A stretch of DNA of 64,000 bases from Vicugna vicugna (taxonomy: Eukaryota): NCBI GenBank assembly GCA_013265495.1, contig MU063499.1:248001-312000 (forward strand), written 5' to 3'. Under the pieces are notes generated by a model. It was not told the origin of the DNA. It ran no database searches and saw nothing but the letters and a program-made list of their open reading frames with translations. Below, piece after piece: positions 35,901-47,900 of the stretch. Position numbers and translations under genes: made by a program. Numbering within the stretch: position 1 is the first letter of the stretch; each line of letters starts with the position of its first letter.

Positions 35901-38900
35901 GGGCTCAGGCTCCGGGGGGGACGGTGGCGGAGCCACACTCAAGGTGGTGGAGTTTTCAGTGCTGCTGCCGCTTGTGGACAGAACTGCCGGGGGATGGCAG
36001 GCAGGAGCCACTGTCAGTGACCTCTGACCCTGAGCACCCACAAACCCAGCTCTGAACCCAACCCAGCATCAAGCATGGGAATCTCTTCCCTGAAGGCCCA
36101 GAACTAGGTGGTGCAGGAGACAGGAGCCCGTGAAGGACACATGGGCCCCCCAGGGCTGGATCCCGAATATCAAGGCTGGGAGAGGTCATCTACGGTGACG
36201 GAGCAGATGTGGAGAGGTGAGAGGTACTGTGGCAAGTTGTGGGATGGAGAGCTGGTGTGAGAGGGTCTCACACAGTGGGGGTCTGATGTGGGGGAGTTCT
36301 GGCAAGGGGAGAATTGGCAGGAGGACAACGTGGTATCTGGCTTAGGGGAGGGCAGGGAAACAGGACCTGGCCCAGGGGTCATCCAAGGGCTCTCACCTTC
36401 AGCAGGGGATGGCCGTGGGGCCTGGGAAGGCAGCAGCACATGCGTGTGAGGATCCCAGGCATCCTGGCCCCGGAAAAGGTTGCTGTGGTAACGAGGGTAG
36501 CGACGGGTCCCCCGGGTGGGGCTGGGGTGCTCCATGCGGTCGATGCTGAGCACTGCCCAGGAGGAAGAGGGGTGAGACCCGTCAAGGGTCTCCTCCCGGT
36601 GCTGTCCCATTCCCTCCTACCCCTTATCCTGCACCCACAGCCCACAGCCTCCTGCTACCAGCTCAGAGCCTGTCCCTGCAAAGCGCTGAGGGTGGCAGCA
36701 CAGCCTGTACCACTAATGTCGACATCACTAGCCCCCGGCCCCTCGGACCTCCAAGTCCTTGCCCTTACACAGCCGCCTGTCCCACCCCCCTACCCTCCAC
36801 ATACTGATGTTGGGCGTCACCAGCCCCACAGGATTCAGGTATGTGAGTTCCATATTCCTTGCCAGCGTGGCCGCATACTCCTCCAGATGCTGCACCAGCC
36901 CCGCGCTGCCCGGGGAGCCCCCAGGGGCCCGCTGCCCCAGTGCCGCCCACAAGTCTCCGGTCTCTGGAGCAAGCAGTGCAGAGCCGGCCCACAGCAGGTT
37001 CTGGGAGGAGGGAGGGGAGAGTGGGGCCCAGCCAGATCAGGAGGGTGAGGGGACAGGGCAGGCCTGAGGGGTCTGGCCAGGTGCCTAGAGGGACCCCAGC
37101 AGGCAAGGGGGTGGGCCTAGAGAGGACAAAGCAGAAGAGAGAGCCCAGAGCCTTCACCTCCCCAGGGTCAGGAGGGGCCTGAGTCGGGGATCCAGGGCAG
37201 GGGAGCCTGGGCCAGGGGATTGGGAGCCCAGGGTGCAGCCCTACCTCATTGAAATGGGCATCCTGTGTGGCTGTCAGCCCGAAGCCCTGCTGGTGGCTCT
37301 CAAAGGCTAACAGATGGGCCAGCAGGCGGGCAGTGACTCGGACATCTTGGCTGAAGTAGTGGTCGGTGTGGCCGGTTACCTCCCGAAGCCTCTGAGCCAG
37401 CTTCTTGGCCTCCACAGTATCCAAGACTGTCTTGTTCAGCTCCAGGCCATCCAGCTACCAAGACAAAGATGGAGGTGGTCACTCAGGCCTTTCTCAAAAG
37501 CCTCACAACAAGAAGGGTTTGGTTAGATTAAAGGGCAACCAGGAAAACCCCAGGTCCGGGGCCAAGGCCAGTCTTCAGTGCAGGGCAAGGTCTGGGCAGT
37601 CTCACCAGCAGATTGAGTTCTCGAAAGGCAGGGGAAGTACAGTTGAAGAGGTCGGGTTCCAGCCAACCCTGGTCTTCATCACATAGCCGCATGGCGGTAC
37701 CTGAGAGCAGGCAACCCCTCGTCAGGCCTGGGGCCCGGACACCTCCGCTGATGAGGTGACCACAGCACCCTCCCCTATCCCAGGGGAGCTCTGAGGCAGA
37801 GACCAGGTAGTAGGCATCTGTGGCTGGATCCCTGGACAGAACCACCCCAGTCCTCAGCCCAGATGGGCCCCAGGGGCTTGTCAGTCAATTCCTGAGGGGT
37901 CTGTGGACCATTTTGAACCACCATGATATAAAGAACACATCAGCAGGGCTGTATGTGTACACACGTGCACAGACATATGCACAAGCCAGAACAGCTGCAC
38001 AGACCCGTGGCCCAGGGCAAGCACACATACCAATGCTCTCACATCTACACATAAACAGATGTGCAGACCAGGACAAACACACAGACCTACAATGCTTGCA
38101 GGCACATGCTCTCGCTCGCTCGCTCGCTCTCTTTCTCTTTCTCTCACTCGCTCTCTCTCTCTCTTTCTCTCTCTGACACACACACACATATACACAGTGA
38201 CATGGACCAGGTTTTCCAGATGTATTTTGTGACCAACATGATGTGGGTGTGGAAGCTCTCACACACATTTTAATTGCCCCAGCGGTGCCTTTGCTGATCT
38301 CTCTCCCTTGTCTTTGCGATTGGAATGAGAGTTGAATGAGAAGTGACCTGGGCCTTAAGAGAGCTTGTAGACACTGGTAAAGTCTGACTTAAACGCAGAA
38401 CTCCCTGACTTACATAGAATCCCCTCCCCAAAAGACAGACTCACAGATGCGTGCACAGGCACAGAGAGACACACACAAGAGCATGCATTCACAGACAATC
38501 TCTGTCTGGCCACTGCAGAGACCTGAAGCAGCAGGAAGGATTCTGTGGGGACCTCAGGCAACAGAGAGAAGTGGGATCCTCAAACAGAAGGTGGGTGTCT
38601 TTCATGCCCTCAGGTAGTAGGGAGAGGCCTGCAGGGACCTCAGGAACTGAGGAGGGGTCTACAAGGACCTTAGGAAGTATGTGGGGGGGTGCTCTTCAGG
38701 GTCCTCAGGCAGTGGGGAGGGGCCTCTGAGGATGTGAGGCATCAGAGGGCCCCCAGAGTCCTCAGATAACAGGAAGGGTTCTCCAGGGACTTCAAGCAGC
38801 TGGGAGTAGCTTTTAGAGACCTCAGGCAGTGGGGAGGGGTCTGCAGGGACTTCAGGCAACAGGAGGGATCTGCAAAAGCTCTGGCAGTGGGAGGGGGCAG

Positions 38901-41900
38901 CGCACCTAAGCAAACACGTACCCCTTACCTGCACCCCGCAATCCTGCCCAGAAGCCAAGAGAAACAGATGGAGGCTCATTGAGGGTGTGGTGAGGGACCC
39001 GGAGCCCCAAAGAGGTAGTGAGGGGCCCACATGGACCCCTACCCAACTCCCACTTCTTTGTAGGAACAAGGCCGACCAACTCAGGAAAAGAGGTGGCTCC
39101 AGCAGGCAGAGGACAAGCCTGCACCCCCCTCAGTGATGTACTTGCCTCCTAGTACTCACCCAGGGCCCCCCGAGGACAGGGCACTGAGGCCAAGACACCA
39201 AACTTGGTCTGGGGCCACCACACACCAGATCTCAGGGACTTGGGGCAGGCATCATAGAGCACTAGGGAGAGAGGAGGCACTGAGCCAGGCAGCCAGGAGC
39301 TGGGGCAAGTGACAGCTACTTCCACTGTCCTGCATCCGCCAAGCAACCCCCCCACTCCCCTGCTGGCCTCACAGGAGCTGGCCCGTCAGATTCTGTGACA
39401 GGTCATCCAAATACTCAGGGTAGATATGGGAGTGCCTGGGTGTAAGTAAGGCTCTCTCAGAGAAGCTTCTTAGAGTCCCCACCCAAGGAGCCAAGCATGC
39501 CATGGTGCTTGGTTGCAGCGGGCCAGAGCCAGCTCTCTATATGTGGGGCTGGGTGGAGCCTGCTCACCCCGGCAGCCGCTGGCTGTCACCTCGGCAAAAG
39601 GACTGTCGCAGCTGTTGCACTGGCGGCCAAGGGCTCCTGGGCGACAGGGGCACTGCCCGCTGTGGGGTGCACATGAGCGCGAGGTGGAGCCCACAGGGTA
39701 GCAGTCACATGGGAGGCACGAGTCACTGCCCCGTGGTCGGTAGTGGAACTCCTGTTTGAGAATGGGTCAGGGGCCTAAGGTCAGAGGTCAGGGCTTAAGG
39801 TAGGGGGTCTCAGCTCAGGACTTGGGGAATGAGTGGAATCAAGGGCAAAGGGTCAGGAGAACAGTGCTCACAGGCCAGTAGGAAGACTGGCCTCAAATGA
39901 AACCTAAGGGAGGGGTTAGACGTCAAGGATAAAATGTGGCCATTAGGTCATGGGATAGGGGTAAAAGGTCAGGGGCTGAGTGAGGTGGCAGAGGTCAGCA
40001 AGCTTGATAAGCATCAAAAATCATGTCTAGGGAAGAGTTAAAAGGTCAGGACTCAAGAGCCAGGCACACCTTGCAGTGACACTGCCCATTGGTCTTGTTA
40101 CAGTTGGGGTCAAAGCCCTTGTGAACATCGCAGTTGCAGGGTCCACACGTTGGACTCCCCCACCAGCCCCGTGGGCACTGCTGGTCCATCCTGGGGCAGA
40201 CAGGCAGGTGAGATGCCTCCACGATAGCACAGTGATCCTCTCTCTCCCCACCACCAGCTCCTTCCATCATTTCGACCCCCAGCCCCTTACCTGTGCTCAC
40301 AGTGGTGCCCAAAATAGCCACCTACACAGTCACAGATATAGCCATGGGGGGCCCCGGGGAGGTGCCGGCATGACCCCTGGTTCTGACAGGGGTTCAGGAG
40401 GCAGGCGTCCACACAGCCTGGGCCATAGTAACCTGCAGGTTAGGTCAGAGAACTTAGGACACTGGCCACAGAGCATGGGGGGAAGCAGGTACCTGTCCTT
40501 CTCAGTCCCTGCCTCCTCCATGCTCTCCAGGTTCCCCAGTCTTCACCAAGAGCCCCAGATCACCCTGCCTCCCTCCCCCAGGTCTCACCTGGCCAGCAGG
40601 TACAGGAAAAGGTCTGCCAGAGGTCTCGGCAGTCAGCGTGGGGTGGGCAGGGCCCAGAAGCACAGGCATTGGTCACAACGCAGCCAGGTTCCACGTTCAC
40701 TCGGTGACTTGGGGGAAGCAGGGCCGGAGTCCCTGAAGGTGTGGAGCCGAGCCATACCCCCTATGAACACAGCCAGCAGGGGATGAGACCCATGGCAAAG
40801 CACCTCAGCCTCAAGTCCTGCAGAGCCAGCCACTTGGTTTGAGAACCCTGATATGCAATCTCCTTACAAATCCTGGACTCTGATCCCAAATCCTCAATTC
40901 AGTGCCCCTGTGGGACACCCAATCATGCTGTCCCTGACACAAGCCTCCAGTGACTGTTGATAATCTAAGCTAGACTCTCACCTTCAGCAGCACAGAAAGG
41001 CTTGACCCATCTCTGATGGCTCTCGGACACTGCTACCCCTGTGCCAACCCCCATGTGAATGCAGCATTTCAGGTCCCAAGGCATCTTGATCTCTGACCAC
41101 CCACCCTGATGCCCCATATCATGTTCGCATGCTGACCCCCACCTGGATACAGCCAACCAGCCCCTGAGGATCCTCCTCATCACTGCTGGGGGGCAGGCCT
41201 CCCACGTGGAGTCGCTTTACCTTCAGGCCCTGCAGCTCATTCCCCACTGCCAAGGTGTCCTGGAGGAGGGGAGCAGTCAGCATTGGGGGTGTGGGGGGAC
41301 TTGATGGACCCCTGCCCTGCCCCAGGGTCATTCTTGGCCTTATTCTAGCCCTGCAGGACCACTGTCTGCCCCTCTGGGCCAGGGGACCGGTCTGGGCATG
41401 AGATGCTCCCAGGTATGGAAGACCTACTGGAGCACAGCAGATGAGTGACAGGATGGTTTCAGTCGAGAGCTGAGCTCAGACAGATCCCTCTTTCCTGGAC
41501 CCAGAACAGACCCTGAAATTCCAGGATTTTGAGCTGGGGAGATTGGAGCAGAGACCTGAAGAGGTTTCCAGGATTTAGGCAAAGCACTGGCCGTAGAGAT
41601 TCCCCAAGACCAGGCCAGAAATCTGCATAGCATCCCTGACATGAGGAGGGCCTGGCAGTGGACCAGCCTAGCTGGCAGCATGTGTTCAGAGCAAGGATCT
41701 GAGGAGAGGGCCGGGGGAGACATGAGACTACGTGCAGTGGAGGGAACTGAGAGGAGCTGGACTAGAGGTGGGTCAAATGAGGCGGGTCTGGTCAGAAGAC
41801 TGAGAATGGACTACTTCAGAGTGAGAGGTCAGACCTGAAAGAGACTAAAGTCCAATGAGACCATGAGGACATGGTGGCCCCGCCGGCCACCCGGCTCTTC

Positions 41901-44900
41901 CTGCAACTCCAGCCGCAGATCATGCCATCGGCCGTCACTGACAGTCACCTTGTCCAGAAGGAGGTGGGCAGCTCGGCCCGAGCCCCTGGTCACCGTCACG
42001 GACAGCAACCCCTGATTCAGCTGTGGGCAGAGAGGCACAGCTGTGAGGTCAGAGCCCCAAGTGGGGCTGGAGCTGGGAGTGTCAGGAGGTGAAATCAGGG
42101 GACTCTGAGGTCAAGAATATCACAGGTCAGAACAGCAGGGGCAAGGCTATATCTGGCACATGCGGCACTGTGCCCGGGGACACTACGCTGCTGCGAGTGA
42201 AGTTAGGGGGCATGGGGAAGGACCAGGGGTTGAGGATTGGTGTAGATGGCACATGAGAGCTATGTCAGTACCCTGCACCTGCAGAGGATATCATGGTGGG
42301 GAAGTGGGTCAAAGCCAGGGTCCAGAGCAGAGTCAAGTATGGTCAGGACACCTAGCAGAGAAGTATGCTGTGTGACCAGGCTGGAACCCACAGGAATGTT
42401 GCTGGTGGCATTAGAGATGGAGAGCTGAGGGTACAGGAGGATCAGGAGGACAGGATCAGGAGGACAGACACACCTGACAGAGAAGTGTGCTATGTGGCCC
42501 AGCCTGCACTTGCATCAAGACACCCTGCGTCGCCCGTGTCCGAAATGCCAGCCCCAGGTACCATGGTACAGACACAGCCATGTCATTTCCAAAGTCCCAG
42601 CTCAGAGTGCCATTGCCACGGAAATGGTGGGGATGGGCCATGGCTGGTGGGATAAAAGAAGCAGGGTCACAAGCCCCACCTCAAGAACAGAACTTACCCT
42701 GTGGGCCCCTCCTGCCCCAGGCTGCCCACTCACTGAGCCGACAGTCTTTGCCTCCAAAACCCACAGGGCAGTCACAGCTGAAGCCGCCCCAGCGTTCTGA
42801 GCAGAAGCCGCTGTTCTTGCAGGGGCCCGAGTCACAAAAGTGCAGCTTGGCCTGGCAGCCTGGGAGAGGAAGGCACATGGAGGATGTAAGAACATGGTGA
42901 GGGTACAAGTGCTGGACAAACAGGGGACCAGAGGGGCTGAAAGTGGCCATGGTCTCAGCCCCATGTTCTCTCAGAGGGTGGAATTGGTAGCAATCTGGCC
43001 CCAAAGGCTAGGCAGGGGCATGGTCCTTGCCAGGAAAGGAGACAGGGGTGAGGTCAGATTTTGAATCAATCCATATAGCCCTCCACCCTTTCCCTCTGAT
43101 GCGGACATGGCCTACCTGCTGTGGTGCCATTGTTTGCCACGAAGGCCGCCATGTCCACTCGGCGGCCATCAATATGCAGGTCCCGCATGCAGCCAATAAA
43201 GTCCTTGTGGGACACGGGGAAGTTCTCGGGGAGGTTGGGGACACCCCCCAGGAGCAGAGGGCCCGTCAGGTCCAGGGACCTGGAGGTCAGGGGTCCAAGT
43301 CATTGGTGGGACTGGGGCCAGGGTAGATTTGCTCCTGGGGGGCCACAGGAAATGGAGGGGGTAGGACTCAGAGGGTAAGATGATTGGTGGGGAGAGTAAG
43401 GTCAGGCTGGGGAAGGAACTGGGTCCTTACTTTAGTTGTGGGGGTGCAAAGGACAGTTCATGATTGGCAGATGGTCTGGGGAAAGGTGGGAGAGGCTGGT
43501 GTTGAGGACTAGGATGAGAAAGGGAGGCATCTGGGTGGCTAGGGTAGGGGATGGAGAGTGAAGAGTCTGGGGGCTGATGGGGACATGGAGCATTAGAGAT
43601 CGGGGGAGTGGAGACTTTGTGGGATTGTGTGGGAGTGGGGAGTCTGAGGTAGAATACAGAGATGGGGGCTAAGGTGAAGTAGGGTTTCAGCATCCTACTG
43701 GGGAAAGGGAATTCTGGTGGTTTGGGGAATGATGGGGAGTTTGGCAGGCAGTATGTGAAGGGCTGGGGTGGGCTTTGGCAGGCAGAAGGCTTGGGGATCA
43801 GGGGCTGGGGACCTCACTTCTTGGAGCTTGTTTGCATGCCAGCAGCTGCGCATGAGTAGTTGCCAATCTCAGCACCAAACTGCAGAGCCACGGCCACATC
43901 GCAGTCATCCACGCTCAGGACAGCCACCTTGTCCTTGGAGGGGCCCTGTGCACCCCCCAGGGCATCTGTCCGGGGCTAGAGACCCAGGTACACCACTCAA
44001 CAGGACCCCCAGGGTGACCCCTGAGGGGCAGAATCTGGCATCCCAGCTCCCCCCATACTCCCATGCCAAGGGTGGTGCCCACCTTGTTGTAGTATCTCAG
44101 ATGCACTGTATGCCACTGCCCGTCACTCAGGCCCCCTGGAACTGTGGGGCTGACCACTGTGTTGGACTCACCTGTGGGGTGGACGTGTGTGGAGGCTTGT
44201 CTGGAGCTGCTAAATTCCCCCACCCACCCAAGCATGCAGGCACAGCTACTCCCAGGGTGACCCTGAATACATCAGATCACTCTCCTCACTGGTGACTACA
44301 ACTGCTGGACTAGAGTGCTTTTGGACAGATAGGGGAAGCACATGCTTCTTGGAGAGCTGAGCTTTCCCACAGGGAAAGTGGTCCTCATCAGTGTCTGTTG
44401 GGCATTTGGTGTGTGTTCAGGTGTGCCGGTGGGGCAAACCTGAGGGAACCTGAGACTTGCACCCCACAGCCATCTCACCCACACCTGCACCCATTTGCCC
44501 CCAGACTCATCTGCCGGGGCACCCACCGGTGGAATATGTCAGCCGCACTTGCCCAGCCACGAGCTCCAAGGCCAGGAAGTCGTGCTTCTCGTTCAGGCGC
44601 CCGTTGTAGAACAGCAGTCCGCTTGGCTGCACGGTGGCGAACCTGGGCGGGGTGGGCGGGCGCGTCATGATCCAGACCCCTCCTCACACCCACCATCCCT
44701 GAGACAAGAAGGTTCGCGACGTTCCCGCCCAGGCTGGAGTAAGAGAGGAAGCGACAAGAGAGGGTGGGACCAGCGGGTGAGGTCAGGCAGGCCATCAGGG
44801 GAGCGGTGGTGTGCTGTGGGACCCCAGGATGGGGCAGTCAGGTATCAGGGTCATGGAGGTAGTAGGGAAGGCGTGCAGGCGCACAGATGCGTGCGGGCAC

Positions 44901-47900
44901 CTACGAGAGGGACAGCGTGAGGTGGAAGCGCTGCCGCAGGCCGCGGAACATGACGAACGAACTGGGCGGGAAGGAGCGTGCTGCCACCTCGCAGCGCGGA
45001 CCCTCGAAGGCGCCACCCGCTGGGCACTGGCAGCGGAAGCCGCCGTCGGGCCCATCCGCGCAGGTACCCCCGTTGCGGCAGACGCCGGGCACGCAGCGTC
45101 CGGCCTCCGTGTCCAACTCACAGTCTTCGCCTAGGGGTCAAGCCGCGGTCAGAGGTCAAGACCGCGCAGGCCAATGCTCCAGCGGGCCCCGCCCCTCCGA
45201 AGGCCACGTGCTCCAGGCCAGCGCCAAGACCTCTGAAAAGTCGAGCTCGCTGTGGGCACGCCCCCATTCTGCCTGGCCCGCCAGGCTGCGGCCACGCCCC
45301 TCCCCGGGTCCCGCCCCGTCCACTACCACAGAGCCTCACCGCCCCGCCTGTCCAGGGCCCCGACCCCGGTTGCCTCAAGAGTGATGCTCAATCCTCGCTT
45401 GCACAATAGTTCTGTCCCACTCTCTGCCTGGGTTCACCCCGGCCTGGCGCCCGTCTCACCTGTGAAGCGCGGGCGGCAGACACAGGTGTAGCCTCCCTCG
45501 CGCCGCGCGCAGGCGCCGCCATTGCGGCATGGGTTGGAGTAGCAGAGGTCGAGCTCCGTCTCGCAGAAGTCTCCGGTGAAGCCGGGCGGGCAGCGGCAGC
45601 GCAGGCCTGCGATGGGCTGGATGGGCCTGAAAAGCGTGGAGGCCGAGGCCAGAAAGGGTGCAGACGAGTCAAAACGCAGCACGGACACGCACTTCATGTA
45701 GTTCTCACAGGGCTCGCGCAGGCACACGTTGTCGTCAAAGGGCAGCACTTCCAGGAGTGAGCGGGCGGCAAGGGCGGCGCGGCGCACGTACAGCTGCTCC
45801 TGCAGCTCCTCAGAGCTGAACCAGGGACCCGCAGCGCCAGCCCCGGATCCGCGCGGCGCCAGCGCCGAGAAGCTCACATTGAGCACGGTACCCCCAACGT
45901 CCGTGTCGTTCTGGATATTGAAGATGAAGACATCCTCCGCGGGTGTGGCAAGTACCGCGGCCACGCCTTCCAGGAAGTGGCCCAGCAGTGGCGATAGGAA
46001 GCGTTCCTGCCACATGTTCTCCAGGCGCACTGTCAGGCTGTTGGCCAGCAGCTCCTCCGTGATGATGACCACACGCAGCACACACTGTGCTGTCACACTA
46101 TGTAGGCCATCTACAGGCAGAAGTGGGGGAAGAGGTCAGTCTGGGGTCAGCGGCTTCCCCTCCCTGGGACAAGTGAATTGAAGGATAAATAAAACGTGCC
46201 TTCTTTGGCAATGCCTGTAATTTATACTCCAAAACTTGAGAATGAGCACTGGTAAAGTCTGTCTCTCAACCCCTGCAGCCTCCAGTAGACAGGACTGCAA
46301 GAGCCTCTCCTGCCTGCCCTCTTCTATGAGGGAGAAGTTTATGAAAGCCTGGACCACGGAGGTAGGAAAGAGGCAGGTAGACCTCTGGACATTTTCCCAA
46401 AGGGCAGGGCTTCAGGCAGCCCCTTGGATAGCAGTCAGGCCAGTGTGGGTCCACTCAATGCCTGAGCTGCCAGAGTAAGCTGCGCTTCCCAACCACTAAA
46501 CTGTTGGCCTCCCTCCCCTCCACAGGTAAGTTGAGGGTCAGACTGGACCTAAAGTAACGCTTCATTTGAATAGGGGTGTGGTGTGGGCTGACTGGCCTGT
46601 GGCATTTCCTGGAACCTCCAGAGCATTACCCCAGGATCTCCAGCCTTTCAGAGGGAGATGGGCTAGCCCTAGACCAGCAAGCAGACAGTTCTTTACAGTC
46701 TTTATGGGATCTGCTAATGCTCTAGAATCTTTGGGGTTCTGTGGAGACCGTCCAAGAACCTAAGAAGAAACTATATGAACCTAACCTGTGAGGTCTATGG
46801 CAGATCCTATGGGGTGAAGGAACCCAGCACTTAAGGAATTCTTGGAAGGCTTGGAAATCTCTCTGGTTTGAAGTGCCTTGTGGGGCCCCGGAGGTCACTG
46901 GCTCATTTGATTACCCTCTGCTGCTCACCTGTAACAGTCACCAACATGGAGGCCACCAGTGGACGGTTGTTGTCTAGCTTGCGGCTGAGTCGAAGCTCCC
47001 CGCTGGTCTGGTTGACCACTAGCAGCTGCAACTCATTGCCCCGCTCAAAGGAGTAGAAGAGGTGGTCAGAGACATCAGGATCGTATGCTGGGATGCGCCC
47101 AATAATGCCTGAGGGGAAGGTGTCTGAGCGGTTGGATACATAATTGTTGAAGAGGATCTGAAAGTTGTTGAGCACAGGGCTGTTGTCATTCTGGTCAACC
47201 AGGCGGACGTGCACAGTGGCCCGACTGACCAGAGGGGTTGATGTGGCCTGCACCACAATCACATATTCCTGGCGAGCCTCATAGTCCAAGTCAATGAGTG
47301 CCGTCAACTCTCCAGAGAAGATGTCCATTTGGAACAGCTCAGGGATGTTCCCCTCCACGATCTGGTACATTATATGAGCATTGGGACCTTCGTCAGGGTC
47401 TACTGCAGTGATTTGGGCCACCACTGAGCCCACAATGCTGTTCTCCTTCACTTGCACCTCAAATTCCTCAGCCGGGAAGACGGGTGCATTGTCATTAATA
47501 TCCTGCACTGTCACCTGGATGCTGACTGGAGTCCGAAGCGGGGGCACGCCTCGGTCCACTGCATAGGCAGTCAGTTCATACACTGGCACTGCCTCCCGAT
47601 CCAGCCGCCTCACTGTTCGGACAATGCCAGAGGTGGGCTCAATGGTAAAATCTCCATCCCCATCTTCCCCATTCTGGAAAGTATACTGGACTCGGCCATT
47701 GGCATGAGCATCCCGGTCAGTGGCTGAGATCTGCAGGACACTGGTGAAAGGTGGGGCATCCTCAGAGACCAGCCCTGTGTAATGGGAGGCCACAAACTGT
47801 GGAGCGTTATCATTCACATCATTGACCATCACCTCCACGTAAGTAGTGTCTGCCTTCTGTGGTATTCCATTGTCCCGAGCAGTAATAGCCAGCGTGTAGG

